From a virus: 14,383 nt of DNA. The stretch's first letter is position 1, and each line of letters opens with the position of its first letter. Under the pieces are notes generated by a model that did no database searches, had not been told where the DNA came from, and was given only the letters and a program-made list of their open reading frames with translations. The DNA lies in the UHGV virus genome UHGV-1359728; one strand, given 5' to 3'. Both the position numbers and the translations under genes were made by a program. Shown one piece after another: positions 1 to 7,709 of this stretch.

Positions 1-632
1 AGGTTTCCGCAGAACACTGCGCCGGTATCGATATACATCTGGTTGGCAAATTTGAGTGGTTTCACTGCTGGCGTATGACCAAAGATGAACGTGTCCGCGC
101 CTTTGATTTCTTTCACGATCCCGTCTTGTGAGTTGCTGATTCGTTCGCGGTTCCAGATTACCTGCTGATGATCAACTGGCTTTCCAAACTCGTATTCGTC
201 ACAAGGATAATCGGCGTGGCAGATGACATATTTTTTATCTTTGCTCACCAGTTCGATGATTAACGGAAGTTCATCTGCTTTATGGGCAAGAGCTTTAGCC
301 AGAATTTCTTTGTCGTAATCGAGATTAAAGAACCAGCCACCGCCATTAAGCAGCCAGTGATTGACGTTTCCACGCTCTGATAAGCCATCAATCATCATTT
401 GCTCATGGTTTCCACGTACAGCTCTGAACCAGGGGAATGTGATTAATTCCAGGCATTCAACGTTCTCTGCACCACGATCAACCAAATCGCCAACCGAGAT
501 AAGCAGGTCTTTTTTGGTGTCGAATCCAATCGTCTCCAGTTTTTTCATCAGGTTCGTGTAGCATCCGTGCAGATCGCCAACTACCCAAATATTTCGGTAT
601 TTGCTGCCATCAATTCTTTCGTAATAGCGCAT
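1..632 (-). CDS. ninI: Serine/threonine protein phosphatase, λ-PPase (NinI/ORF221)-like; 3' end runs off the window
   Basis: My own minus-strand translation from the ATG at 632 gives [24 protein letters not shown]...GDLVDRG...RGNHE, the metallophosphatase GDxHG/GDxxDRG/GNHE motifs. About 210 codons are in the window with no stop. It is absent from the ORF track because it is open at the edge. Confidence 0.85.
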   Translation of the reverse strand, partial: MRYYERIDGSKYRNIWVVGDLHGCYTNLMKKLETIGFDTKKDLLISVGDLVDRGAENVECLELITFPWFRAVRGNHEQMMIDGLSERGNVNHWLLNGGGWFFNLDYDKEILAKALAHKADELPLIIELVSKDKKYVICHADYPCDEYEFGKPVDHQQVIWNRERISNSQDGIVKEIKGADTFIFGHTPAVKPLKFANQMYIDTGAVFCGN

Positions 633-816
633 CTCTTTCACTCCATCCGCGATGAACCATGAGAACGTCGTTGACGATGGCGTGCATTTTCCCGTCTTTA
701 TCATCAACGTATTTTCTGACCGTACCGCGACTACATTTCAGTCTGCGTGCTACTTCTGTCTGGTTTCCGTATGCTTCAACGAGCATGTCTGGAATGGTTT
801 TTACTGAGAACGTCAT
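610..816 (-). CDS. ninH: NinH-like small DNA-binding protein
   Basis: 68-aa ORF ([37 protein letters not shown]...) with an HTH-like segment, matching my recollection of λ NinH. It sits between ninG and the phosphatase as in the λ nin region, and overlaps its neighbours. Confidence 0.75.
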   Translation of the reverse strand: MTFSVKTIPDMLVEAYGNQTEVARRLKCSRGTVRKYVDDKDGKMHAIVNDVLMVHRGWSERDALLRKN

Positions 817-1418
817 GCGGCCTCACTTCTGCTATTTCGCAGGTCTTTGAGTTTCTGTTGGTACTCTGCCTTGATCGCCTTGCACTCTTCGATAGTCCAG
901 CGATGGCGGTTATGGTTTGATTCGATTTCGTCTACTGCTTCCTGCCCGATTCGGTTAATCAGTTCGACGCGATACGGAACGAGATTTCCACTTTTATGCT
1001 GGTTGCACACCACGCATTGCTTGTGAATATTGCGTTCATCAAATCGGAGTTGAGGTGCCGCAGAAGTTGTCCGGTAATGTCCGGCATCCCACTGAGCAGA
1101 CGTGAGCGTTCCGCACGAGATACATGGTAAGTCGCGGTCTCTTTCTCTGATGAAGGCGTTTACGGCTTGTTGGGCTTGTTTAATCCAGTAACTGCGGGGT
1201 TTTAAGGCGAGTTTTCGAATCTTAAGTTTATCTTTCTGTTTCTGCTCCTCTCGTCGTCGTTTCTTCTCTGCTGCTTTTTCCGCTTTTTCGCGTTCTTTGC
1301 TTCGTCGTTCGAGTGCTATCCTGGTTCCACACTCTGGAGAGCACCACCACTGATTGGCGAATGCAGGGTGAAACCATTCCTTGCATATTTTGCATTTCCT
1401 TCGCGCTGGTTTAGCCAT
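813..1418 (-). CDS. ninG: NinG/Rap-like protein (recombination/Holliday-junction endonuclease family)
   Basis: 201-aa ORF starting [18 protein letters not shown]..., with a Cys-rich N-terminus and a basic KR-rich linker. It takes the ninG position and is start/stop-coupled to the flanking genes. Confidence 0.8.
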   Translation of the reverse strand: MAKPARRKCKICKEWFHPAFANQWWCSPECGTRIALERRSKEREKAEKAAEKKRRREEQKQKDKLKIRKLALKPRSYWIKQAQQAVNAFIRERDRDLPCISCGTLTSAQWDAGHYRTTSAAPQLRFDERNIHKQCVVCNQHKSGNLVPYRVELINRIGQEAVDEIESNHNRHRWTIEECKAIKAEYQQKLKDLRNSRSEAA

Positions 1419-2140
1419 TAAGCAGCCTCTCCTGTTACTTTCAGCATTCCGTTATCGAGCAGCTTTCTGGTCAGCCACTGTTGACCACGCCCGGTGATTT
1501 TTGTAGTGAACGATATCTGTATTCCGTGATTTGTGTTGACCGCTGTTTCTTTCACTGTGAAATAGCCGCGCTCCATATATTCCTGCATTGGCACATTGCG
1601 CCGGGCACCTGAAGCAATAAGGATTTTGTGATCGCGCATCCACGCAAACAGTTTGTTTGGACCAATACCAACAACCTTTGCAAAGTTTCCAATCAAAATT
1701 CCGCTGGCCTCGCCAACGCGATCGGCAAAATCAACTTTAGGTGCTGCGAGAGCAAGCTGTTTCTCCAGTTCAGCCTTCTGGTCTTCAAGGTCAGCCGCGA
1801 GGCGCAATGCTTCAGAGAAGGTTTGTGGGATTTTCGCGGTTGCCCCTTCGAGTTCTCGCCAGCGGTCAACAAGGCGAGCGGTGAACTCTGGCGACAACTG
1901 GGCAACAACAACAATACTATCTCGCTTACCTTGTTCGCCTTCGAAGACGTAATGCTCGTACTGAACATTGAACCCTAAGTTATTGATTCTTTCGGAAACC
2001 TCAATTTGAGGAAGCCGGATAACACCATTTTTAGCCAGCGTTTCGATGGTACGTTTCACATTGTCATGACGCTTACCAACCAACTCAGCGATTTCAATGC
2101 TTGTCATTTTGATGGCATTGCCATTTATTAACTCATTCAT
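1418..2140 (-). CDS. Rha-family phage regulatory protein / antirepressor with C-terminal KilAC (ANT) domain
   Basis: 240-aa ORF. The N-terminus ([23 protein letters not shown]) looks like a Phage_pRha domain, and the C-terminal part ([27 protein letters not shown]...[10 protein letters not shown]) like a KilAC antirepressor domain. It is inserted between ninF and ninG. Confidence 0.75.
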   Translation of the reverse strand: MNELINGNAIKMTSIEIAELVGKRHDNVKRTIETLAKNGVIRLPQIEVSERINNLGFNVQYEHYVFEGEQGKRDSIVVVAQLSPEFTARLVDRWRELEGATAKIPQTFSEALRLAADLEDQKAELEKQLALAAPKVDFADRVGEASGILIGNFAKVVGIGPNKLFAWMRDHKILIASGARRNVPMQEYMERGYFTVKETAVNTNHGIQISFTTKITGRGQQWLTRKLLDNGMLKVTGEAA

Positions 2141-2303
2141 CGTCTTCTTCCTCGTACATTGAGCTATTCGGATCGCTCATCAGCTCTGCACAGCAGTACT
2201 CACACACGTGAACTTCCAGCACATGCAGCTTCTGACCGCAATTAGCGCACGTTAAAGCCCGCTCGACGCTTTCTTGTTCGTAACTTCGATTTGGGTCAAT
2301 CAC
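2133..2303 (-). CDS. ninF: NinF-like small Cys-rich protein
   Basis: ORF ending ...[46 protein letters not shown], matching my recollection of λ NinF. The start is ambiguous: GTG at 2303 forms a GTGA overlap with the ninE stop and gives about 56 aa; the ORF track's GTG at 2345 gives 70 aa. Confidence 0.65.
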   Translation of the reverse strand: MIDPNRSYEQESVERALTCANCGQKLHVLEVHVCEYCCAELMSDPNSSMYEEEDDE

Positions 2304-2482
2304 CTTGTATTCCTCGCACGATGTCTTAGCCACCGGATATCCCACAGGTGAGCCGTGTAGTTGAAGGTTTTTACGTCAGATTCTTTTGGGATTGGCTTGG
2401 GTTTATTTCTGGTGCGTTTCGTTGGAAGGTATTTGCAGTTTTCGCAGATTATGTCGGTGATACTTCGTCGCTGTCGTCTCAT
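2300..2482 (-). CDS. ninE: NinE-like protein
   Basis: 60-aa [26 protein letters not shown]...[16 protein letters not shown], matching recalled λ NinE. Its ATG overlaps the ninB stop. Confidence 0.8.
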   Translation of the reverse strand: MRRQRRSITDIICENCKYLPTKRTRNKPKPIPKESDVKTFNYTAHLWDIRWLRHRARNTR

Positions 2483-2889
2483 TCGTACCTCCTGTCGGTA
2501 AATCTGACACCCTGACCAATAGCCCAGGCTGTTGTGTACTCGATCAGACTTGCCATACGCTTCACGCTCATCTGCGCGCTGCTTTCGCGAATGTTGACGT
2601 ATTCGCCTTCAAGCCCGGGTAAAACATCAGCTTCCTGTTTCGTTGCCACTGCATGACCGCTTATCAACAAAACCTTCCATTGTTCTGGTTTTAACCATTT
2701 ATCGCGCCACTGAACTTGCCTAGCGATATCTGCGACCATCGCGTGAAATTTTGCGTTCTGGTAAAGGTTGCGCTTGTAGTCAGTAATGCGGATGGTGACT
2801 GGCTTGTCTTTATCGAGAGGAGTTGCGAGGATGGCGTTGATTGCGGCTTGCTGTTGTTGCTTAGTTCGGAGGAATATTGTTTGCTTCAT
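2479..2889 (-). CDS. ninB: NinB/Orf-family recombination mediator
   Basis: ORF-track frame 2479..2937. The likely start is the internal ATG at 2889 ([21 protein letters not shown]...), which has a GGAG Shine-Dalgarno 7 nt upstream. The extra 16 N-terminal codons in the track overlap the upstream gene. Confidence 0.75.
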   Translation of the reverse strand: MKQTIFLRTKQQQQAAINAILATPLDKDKPVTIRITDYKRNLYQNAKFHAMVADIARQVQWRDKWLKPEQWKVLLISGHAVATKQEADVLPGLEGEYVNIRESSAQMSVKRMASLIEYTTAWAIGQGVRFTDRRYE

Positions 2890-2891
2890 CG

Positions 2892-3080
2892 TTACTCCTT
2901 CACTTTGACTCCGGCGGTGCGAACTGCGACCATCCAAGCCCTGTATCTCTTGTTTATTTCAACTCGTTTATACACAATCACGCCCAAAATATTCTTGCTT
3001 CGCATTTGTCGAATGAAGCAAGCGGAGACACCAAGTTCATCAGCGCACCAATCTTCAAATCTCTCTAAGTTATCGTCCAT
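2892..3080 (-). CDS. Hypothetical small protein (62 aa from ATG 3080; 70 aa if GTG 3104 is used)
   Basis: ORF-track frame 2892..3104. The ATG at 3080 follows GGGGA and sits 1 nt after the upstream stop. Its stop (TAA) lies inside the ninB Shine-Dalgarno. No recognisable motifs. Confidence 0.45.
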   Translation of the reverse strand: MDDNLERFEDWCADELGVSACFIRQMRSKNILGVIVYKRVEINKRYRAWMVAVRTAGVKVKE

Positions 3081-3081
3081 A

Positions 3082-3297
3082 TCAATCCCCGTTAATCGTT
3101 TCACTCACGAATCTGACAAAACCAGCCATGTTAATTTGCATGAGTTTTTTCAACACTTTGTCTCGCCGGCTACGTTTTGGTTTTGGCCTGTGGTTGAATC
3201 TTTCACAAACTGGAAGGCTTGATGATTTCCAGTACCTATTACGCCTTGCTCCATCTTCCGCCATATCGGCATGAATAAGGTCTGCGAGTGTGCTCAT
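3082..3297 (-). CDS. Hypothetical basic small protein (71 aa)
   Basis: ORF-track frame 3082..3303. The ATG at 3297 is preceded by GGAGAGGTG. The protein (MSTLADLIHADMAEDGARRNRYWK...RPKPKRSRRDKVLKK) is lysine/arginine-rich. Confidence 0.5.
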   Translation of the reverse strand: MSTLADLIHADMAEDGARRNRYWKSSSLPVCERFNHRPKPKRSRRDKVLKKLMQINMAGFVRFVSETINGD

Positions 3298-3311
3298 ATT
3301 CACCTCTCCAG

Positions 3312-3494
3312 TTACATTGGTTTTGTAATGTTGCTAGTCATCTTACGAATAAAAAAATGCGTACGTAGCTTTGCTTCCCACATGTAAATCTCTTCAAGAC
3401 GAGATAAATCTACGAATACCGGACCTTTGTAATCTGGTCTTGATGCCCTTATGTATGAGCTAATAGTTTGTGCATCTTGCTCGTCAAGATTCAT
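3312..3494 (-). CDS. Hypothetical small protein (60 aa)
   Basis: The internal ATG at 3494 of ORF-track frame 3312..3698 gives MNLDEQDAQTISSYIRASRPDYKGPVFVDLSRLEEIYMWEAKLRTHFFIRKMTSNITKPM. It lies immediately downstream of the terminator hairpin and is preceded by GGGGGAGAGGGA. Confidence 0.45.
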   Translation of the reverse strand: MNLDEQDAQTISSYIRASRPDYKGPVFVDLSRLEEIYMWEAKLRTHFFIRKMTSNITKPM

Positions 3495-3509
3495 GACTTC
3501 CCTCTCCCC

Positions 3510-3542
3510 CAAATAAAAAGGCCTGCGATTACCAGCAGGCCT
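3510..3542 (-). terminator. Rho-independent terminator (tR2-like) downstream of the helicase gene
   Basis: On the minus strand an 8-bp perfect stem (AGGCCTGC/GCAGGCCT, plus-strand 3519-3526 and 3535-3542) with an 8-nt loop is followed by TTTTTATTT. Confidence 0.6.
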
Positions 3543-3570
3543 GTTATTAGCTCGGTGATGTAGATGGTCA

Positions 3571-5007
3571 TCAGAATCCTCCTTTCTTCTTGGATTGCGG
3601 TTCCTCGCGTTCACGGCGGCGCATTTCAGCGGACTGTTGGTCTGTGTCATAAATAGCGCCATTTGCCTGAATGCAATACACCGTGCCGGTATTGCCATGA
3701 CGATTGAGACGAAGGATTAGTTCAGTTTCACCAGGTGGAACACTGTCATCAAAAGCGCCTTCACGATGGATCCCGACCCAATAATCGCAATCCTGTTCAA
3801 TCTGCCCTGTATCTCGTGAGTCACTTGGTAATGGGCGTTTATTGGTTCGGCTTTCCAGTGCGCGGTTAAGCTGTGTCAGAAGCACAACAACGCAATCAAG
3901 CTCTTTGGCAAGGTTCTTCAGTCCTTTGGTGATCATGCCGTAAGCAAGGTCGTTGCGATCGGCCTTCTCAGCGGTCATTAGTGTCAGGTAATCGACCAGA
4001 ATCATGCCAACATATCCTTTTTCTCGCTTGATTCGACGGCTTTCGCTGACGATTTGAGCCAGAGATAATCCCGGCGTGTCGTCGATGTAAAGCATGTCGA
4101 TTTCACTCAAGCGATTGGCTGTTTCGATCGCCCTGTTGAAGTCACCATCGTAATCACCCTGATAGCCGTCATCAGCGTCATTTGTCGCCGGAAGGTAAAA
4201 AATATTCGGGTTAACACCAGACTTCTGCCCTACCAGTTTTTCCAGTATCTGGTCACCGGGCATTTCAAGGCTGAACATCAGAGCGGGCTTTTTCTCATGC
4301 ACTGCGCAGTTGATTGCCATCTGGCTGTATAGCGTCGTTTTCCCCATCTTAGGGCGAGCGCCAATGACAAACAGAGAGCCTTTCACCAGACCTTTCGGTG
4401 ACAGCATCCTGTCCAGCGATGGGATCCCTGTGCTCATTCCTCGTTGTTCGCCTGACGGGTCAAATCGCTTCTCAAGGTCGCTAACCCAGTCTTCCATGAC
4501 CTCACCAAATGAGCGAAGGCCGCGACGCGATCCGGTTTTTGCATGGTCTGTCAGTTGCGTGAAAATCGCCTGAATAGCTTCGTACTTCTGCGTTGCAGTC
4601 ATTCCGTTGCGGGAATAGAGCAATTCCGTCGCTTCAGTCATGCGGTTGATGGCGTAGCGTTCCATTGCGGTTTCACGAACCTGCATTGCATAGGCAACGA
4701 TGTTTGCTGCGCTTGGCGTGTTCTTTGCGATCTCAGCGATATAAGCAAAACCGCCAACAGACGCCGTTAACGATTTACGCTCCAGTTCATCGAAAAGCGT
4801 CAGGCCATCTACTGGCTTTTGCTCCCGGTGCATTCTGGTTATTTCTTCGAAAAGGATTTTGTGTGGCCGGCTGTAAAATGAGTCAGGCTTCAGCATCGCC
4901 AGAACTTTCTGGACGCGCTCACTGCTGTCATCATCCAGAAGCAATCCACCAATCACCGCCTGCTCTGCCTCGATGCTATGGGGCGGCGCATAAAAATTAT
5001 CGGTCAT
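3571..5007 (-). CDS. DnaB-family replicative DNA helicase (phage-encoded, P22 gene 12-like)
   Basis: About 478 aa from the ATG at 5007 (the track's GTG at 5022 is an alternative). Walker A GARPKMGKTT and a DnaB-like N-terminal domain. GAGG lies about 10 nt upstream of the ATG. Confidence 0.9.
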   Translation of the reverse strand: MTDNFYAPPHSIEAEQAVIGGLLLDDDSSERVQKVLAMLKPDSFYSRPHKILFEEITRMHREQKPVDGLTLFDELERKSLTASVGGFAYIAEIAKNTPSAANIVAYAMQVRETAMERYAINRMTEATELLYSRNGMTATQKYEAIQAIFTQLTDHAKTGSRRGLRSFGEVMEDWVSDLEKRFDPSGEQRGMSTGIPSLDRMLSPKGLVKGSLFVIGARPKMGKTTLYSQMAINCAVHEKKPALMFSLEMPGDQILEKLVGQKSGVNPNIFYLPATNDADDGYQGDYDGDFNRAIETANRLSEIDMLYIDDTPGLSLAQIVSESRRIKREKGYVGMILVDYLTLMTAEKADRNDLAYGMITKGLKNLAKELDCVVVLLTQLNRALESRTNKRPLPSDSRDTGQIEQDCDYWVGIHREGAFDDSVPPGETELILRLNRHGNTGTVYCIQANGAIYDTDQQSAEMRRREREEPQSKKKGGF

Positions 5008-5896
5008 CGTGTTCACCCTCACGAACTTTCAGGTAGGTATTATCGTTAAGCAGGAAATCAAATCCCTTTTTGTGCCAGACGGTTCCGCGTTGATGGTTTG
5101 GGCGCTCTTCGAACATCCATCGGCAATTTTCGCCAACGTAGCTCAAATAATTTCTCCAGTCCTGCATCGTGAACCCATGCCCGTCAAGCTGGCGGGTTAT
5201 CACTCCGGCTTTGCGCCAGAACGTTCGGATCTGGTTTTTACGCTTGTCATTCAGTGCGCGGATTCTTGGAGCTTCAGGAAGGATTTCGTGGTAAGCATCG
5301 ACAACATCCTGACAGCTGACGGAAGGTTTTTTCTTGTCAGACTTTTTGTCTGCTGTGGCACTCTCTAATACGTCAGTATTAGAGATAATATTATTATATT
5401 CTTTATCTGTGGTAATTTGCTGGTAATCTGCTGGTACAGCATTGCTTACAGGCATTGGTATTGCTGGCTTTGAGGTGGTAATTTGCTGGTAATCTGCTGG
5501 TACAAAATTTGACTGATAATCGTCATATTTCTCTACCGAGAAAACTGAGAATTTACCGTGTGAAACCCAGTCAATCATGCCGAGTTTTTTGAACTTTCTA
5601 AGCAGGTACTGAACGCGATCTGGTTTGAGTCCTGTTTCAAACGCCAGAGAGTTTCTACCGCCAAGTAGCTTCCCTCTGCCTACCAGAATTTCTCCTGCGT
5701 CAGTCATTACATACTCAGGCGTATGCTTTGCTTTGAGGATTAAGTGAACCCACAGATGCGCTGCTTCTGCATCCTTGTAAAACGGCACATCCATAATTTT
5801 ACGGTGCAGCAAGGCATACCCCTTACCGCTGCTTTGATGCGGTTGTTGTAGCCTTCTGGCCTCTCTGGCTTCGGCTAGATTAGATATGTTACTCAT
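4997..5896 (-). CDS. Replication initiator, λ O / P22 gp18-like; contains the origin iterons
   Basis: 299-aa ORF with AAGGAG 8 nt upstream of the ATG at 5896. A 10-aa motif [10 protein letters not shown] occurs twice in the protein, encoded by DNA direct repeats, as expected for ori-inside-O. Confidence 0.85.
   Translation of the reverse strand: MSNISNLAEAREARRLQQPHQSSGKGYALLHRKIMDVPFYKDAEAAHLWVHLILKAKHTPEYVMTDAGEILVGRGKLLGGRNSLAFETGLKPDRVQYLLRKFKKLGMIDWVSHGKFSVFSVEKYDDYQSNFVPADYQQITTSKPAIPMPVSNAVPADYQQITTDKEYNNIISNTDVLESATADKKSDKKKPSVSCQDVVDAYHEILPEAPRIRALNDKRKNQIRTFWRKAGVITRQLDGHGFTMQDWRNYLSYVGENCRWMFEERPNHQRGTVWHKKGFDFLLNDNTYLKVREGEHDDR
5375..5510. repeat. Candidate origin of replication: iteron array plus adjacent AT-rich tract inside the O-like gene
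   Basis: A 29-bp direct repeat TGGTAATTTGCTGGTAATCTGCTGGTACA occurs at 5410-5438 and 5476-5504. Within it, TGCTGGTA units lie 10 bp apart (5419/5429 and 5485/5495), with a further TGCTGGC at 5462. An AT-rich tract (AGAGATAATATTATTATATTCTTTATC, 5381-5407) lies on the gene-downstream side. Confidence 0.6.
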
Positions 5897-6035
5897 GACC
5901 TTTCTCCTTCTGCATCAGCTTCACTTTTTCCAACTCAGCCCGGAATCGACCAGGCTGCTTGAAGCTGGACAGGAAGCGATCACGTAGTATGTGTTTGTGA
6001 ATTTTGTCCTGGTAAGGACTGAGTTGTTTTGTCAT
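5889..6035 (-). CDS. Candidate small ORF (48 aa) between cII and O
   Basis: ATG at 6035 preceded by AGGAG with 5-nt spacing. Protein [48 protein letters not shown]. Its last codons overlap the O start. It is not in the ORF track (under 60 aa) and may be spurious. Confidence 0.3.
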   Translation of the reverse strand: MTKQLSPYQDKIHKHILRDRFLSSFKQPGRFRAELEKVKLMQKEKGHE

Positions 6036-6067
6036 AATTACTCCTGTGGATTGATCCAGTAATTCCC

Positions 6068-6364
6068 TCAGAATTGCATATCAATTTGCTTAAAATCCTC
6101 GGTGGCGGCCGGGGATTTTTTCTTTGTGATTTCATCAAGCGCATACTTAAAAGCCCTGCTAATCGGACTGATGTCTGATGCCATTCCGAAAGCACACAAG
6201 ACCGAAGCAATAAATCTCCAGTCCGTTCTGCTTATCTTCGATTCATGACAGCCAATCATCTTTGCCAGACCGCGCTGGGTAAGCGTTGACAGGTTGATGA
6301 GTAAATCAGTTTCAGCGCGATCAATTTCTCGCTGTGTTGGCTTGCTGTAGCTTGCTTGTGCCAT
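6068..6364 (-). CDS. cII: CII-like transcriptional activator (lysogeny establishment)
   Basis: 98-aa ORF with an HTH region ([14 protein letters not shown]) and a C-terminus ([18 protein letters not shown]) resembling recalled λ CII (KKRPAATERSEQIQMEF). Positioned between cro and O. Confidence 0.8.
   Translation of the reverse strand: MAQASYSKPTQREIDRAETDLLINLSTLTQRGLAKMIGCHESKISRTDWRFIASVLCAFGMASDISPISRAFKYALDEITKKKSPAATEDFKQIDMQF
6094..6125 (+). terminator. Strong plus-strand intrinsic terminator inside the 3' end of the cII-like gene (oop-like antisense terminator)
   Basis: 9-bp stem AATCCTCGG/CCGGGGATT (6094-6102 and 6109-6117, one G-U pair), loop TGGCGG, followed by TTTTTTCTTT. It is antisense to the cII-like coding sequence. 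Confidence 0.55.
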
Positions 6365-6375
6365 TTGTTAATTTT
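6342..6375 (+). promoter_or_regulatory. Candidate CII-dependent establishment promoter (PRE-like) with a TTGC-N6-TTGC motif
   Basis: TTGCTGTAGCTTGC at 6342-6355 (TTGC, 6 nt, TTGC) lies at the 5' end of the cII-like gene on the opposite strand. A possible -10 TAATTT sits about 17 bp downstream. It is oriented toward the repressor gene. Confidence 0.4.
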
Positions 6376-6428
6376 CCTATATTGATATTGAGTTATAGCG
6401 GCACACCCAATGGATTTGCCGCTGATGT

Positions 6429-6473
6429 TTGCTCACCCGGTTAGAGGTGAAAGGCCAGAACTGTTAAAGAGCA
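6429..6473 (-). promoter_or_regulatory. nutR site: boxA plus phage-21-type boxB
   Basis: Minus-strand boxA TGCTCTTTAACA (plus-strand 6462-6473) lies 7 nt after the cro stop. The boxB hairpin TTCACCTCTAACCGGGTGAG (plus-strand 6432-6451) matches my recollection of the phage 21 boxB. Confidence 0.6.
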
Positions 6474-6479
6474 ATTTGC

Positions 6480-6665
6480 TTATGCCGCTTGGCGGTAAGC
6501 ACTTTCTTGATACTTCAGGGCGCCAGCTGTAACGATTTCCAATCGATAGGCGTCTTTCTCTGGGATAACTTCTTTCCACTGAGAGACTGCTGCATCGCTA
6601 ATGCCTAGTGCTTTAGCAACAGCACGCTGGGTTCCGAAGTGGTCAATAACATCTTTTTTGTACAT
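6480..6665 (-). CDS. cro: Cro repressor (P22-type)
   Basis: 61-aa ORF MYKKDVIDHFGTQRAVAKALGISDAAVSQWKEVIPEKDAYRLEIVTAGALKYQ... with an HTH, divergent from the repressor gene. Confidence 0.9.
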   Translation of the reverse strand: MYKKDVIDHFGTQRAVAKALGISDAAVSQWKEVIPEKDAYRLEIVTAGALKYQESAYRQAA

Positions 6666-6745
6666 AGACTCGCTCCGAAATTAAAGAACACTTAAATTAT
6701 CCACCAAAGGAATCTTAAGTCAAGTTTATTTAAGATGTCTTAACT
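6666..6745. promoter_or_regulatory. OR operator region with divergent PR and PRM
   Basis: Three 18-bp P22-type operator-like sites with TTAAG...CTTAA half-sites (6680-6697, 6704-6721, 6728-6745), centres 24 bp apart. PR reads on the minus strand as -35 TTGACT (rc of 6718-6723) and -10 GATAAT (rc of 6696-6701) with a 16-bp spacer. Confidence 0.6.
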
Positions 6746-7396
6746 ATGAATACACAACTGATGGGTGAGCGTATTCGCGCTCGCAGAAAAGAACTCAAGA
6801 TTAGGCAGGCTGCCCTTGGCAAGATGGTTGGCGTGTCTAATGTTGCTATTTCCCAATGGGAGCGATCTGAAACTGAGCCCAATGGCGAAAACCTATTGGC
6901 CTTAGCCAAGGCTTTGCAGTGCTCCCCTGATTACCTGTTGAAAGGAGAGGATAGTCTTTCAAACATTGCCTATCACAGCAGGCATGATCCAAGAGGTTCG
7001 TATCCTCTAATTAGTTGGGTAAGCGCAGGATGTTGGATGGAAGCTGTAGAGCCATATCATAGGCGTGCAATAGATAACTGGTACGACACAACGGTAGATT
7101 GTTCTGAAGACTCTTTTTGGCTCGACGTTAAAGGCGATTCAATGACTGCCCCGGCAGGACTGAGTATTCCTGAGGGGATGATTATTCTCGTCGACCCAGA
7201 AGTCGAACCACGTAATGGAAAGTTGGTAGTCGCCAAACTTGAAGGAGAAAACGAGGCGACATTCAAAAAGTTAGTTATTGATGCCGGTAGAAAATTCCTG
7301 AAACCACTCAATCCACAATACCCAATGATTGAAATCAATGGGAACTGTAAAATCATTGGCGTTGTCGTTGATGCCAAGCTAGCAAACCTTCCTTAA
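6746..7396 (+). CDS. c2: Prophage repressor, P22 C2-type (HTH plus S24 LexA-like autopeptidase domain)
   Basis: 216-aa ORF MNTQLMGERIRARRKELKIRQAALGKMVGVSNVAISQWERSE... with an N-terminal HTH, an Ala-Gly cleavage site (SAGCW) and the GDSM/K catalytic motifs. Very close to the P22 C2 sequence as I recall it. Confidence 0.93.
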   Translation: MNTQLMGERIRARRKELKIRQAALGKMVGVSNVAISQWERSETEPNGENLLALAKALQCSPDYLLKGEDSLSNIAYHSRHDPRGSYPLISWVSAGCWMEAVEPYHRRAIDNWYDTTVDCSEDSFWLDVKGDSMTAPAGLSIPEGMIILVDPEVEPRNGKLVVAKLEGENEATFKKLVIDAGRKFLKPLNPQYPMIEINGNCKIIGVVVDAKLANLP

Positions 7397-7420
7397 GGGG
7401 CTTTCGCCCCTTTTTTATTT
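7395..7420 (+). terminator. Rho-independent terminator after the repressor gene
   Basis: Stem AAGGGGC/GCCCCTT with loop TTTC, followed by TTTTTTATTT; it overlaps the c2 stop codon. Confidence 0.65.
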
Positions 7421-7460
7421 CCCGTTAAAAATCAAAGACAAACTAAATTCACGCCCATAA

Positions 7461-7515
7461 AATTAAGTTTTCTTCAAAATGCACTTGACCAATAAATTAA
7501 GAAGTCTTAAATTTA
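7461..7515 (+). promoter_or_regulatory. OL operators and PL promoter
   Basis: Operator-like 18-mers at 7461-7478 and 7495-7512 (AATTAAG....CTTAAAT). PL reads as -35 TTGACC (7485-7490) and -10 TAAATT (7508-7513) with a 17-bp spacer, overlapping the operator. Confidence 0.55.
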
Positions 7516-7558
7516 AGCCATCAGCAGGACGCTGGAAGCCAAACGGAACAGATTGGCA

Positions 7559-7600
7559 GGCTCTTTAACATCGACGGACTCTCAACCTAACCGTTGAGAC
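7559..7600 (+). promoter_or_regulatory. nutL site (boxA plus boxB)
   Basis: boxA GCTCTTTAACA at 7560-7570. The boxB hairpin TCTCAACCTAACCGTTGAGA at 7580-7599 has a 7-bp stem and a loop related to the nutR boxB (CTAACCG core). Confidence 0.6.
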
Positions 7601-7709
7601 CAGAACTTGAGTGGTTTTGGGGATGGCGCGAATTGCAGCTGCAAGACAGCGATCGAGAAGATAAGCACCTCGACGCGTCATGCGCCAAAGCCACTTAAAG
7701 GAGACCATC

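Noticed and set aside
361-850. Plus-strand ORFs 361..561 and 659..850 opposite the phosphatase and ninH/ninG genes
   Set aside because: They are antisense to recognisable nin-region genes.
1452-1978. ORF-track entries 1452..1643(-), 1628..1978(+), 1653..1952(+) and 1693..1968(-) inside the Rha/KilAC gene
   Set aside because: They are out-of-frame or antisense to a well-supported CDS, have no ribosome-binding sites, and have low-complexity translations.
2716-3222. Plus-strand ORFs 2716..3222 and 2877..3068
   Set aside because: They are antisense to ninB and the coupled small-gene cassette, with no ribosome-binding sites.
4310-5368. Plus-strand ORFs 4310..4573, 4543..4770, 4665..5036 and 5009..5368 antisense to the helicase and initiator genes
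   Set aside because: They lie antisense within strongly supported replication genes, and their proteins are Arg/Ser/Cys-rich, typical of frame artefacts.
5410-5504. The direct repeats in the O-like gene as a possible CRISPR array or mobile-element terminal repeat
   Set aside because: There are only two large copies, inside an intact initiator reading frame, with internal 10-bp sub-repeats and an adjacent AT-rich tract. That fits replication-origin iterons, not CRISPR or an insertion sequence.
5980-6210. 76-aa minus-strand ORF overlapping both the cII-like 3' end and the small cII-O ORF
   Set aside because: It is in an alternative frame overlapping better-supported features and has no Shine-Dalgarno.
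6397-6423. Hairpin AGCGGC...GCCGCT between nutR and the cII-like gene as an intrinsic tR1 terminator
   Set aside because: The loop is 15 nt and no U-tract follows on the transcribed strand. The λ tR1 is Rho-dependent, so no intrinsic terminator is called here.
7057-7377. 106-aa minus-strand ORF inside the repressor gene
   Set aside because: It is antisense to the c2 CDS, which is near-certain.
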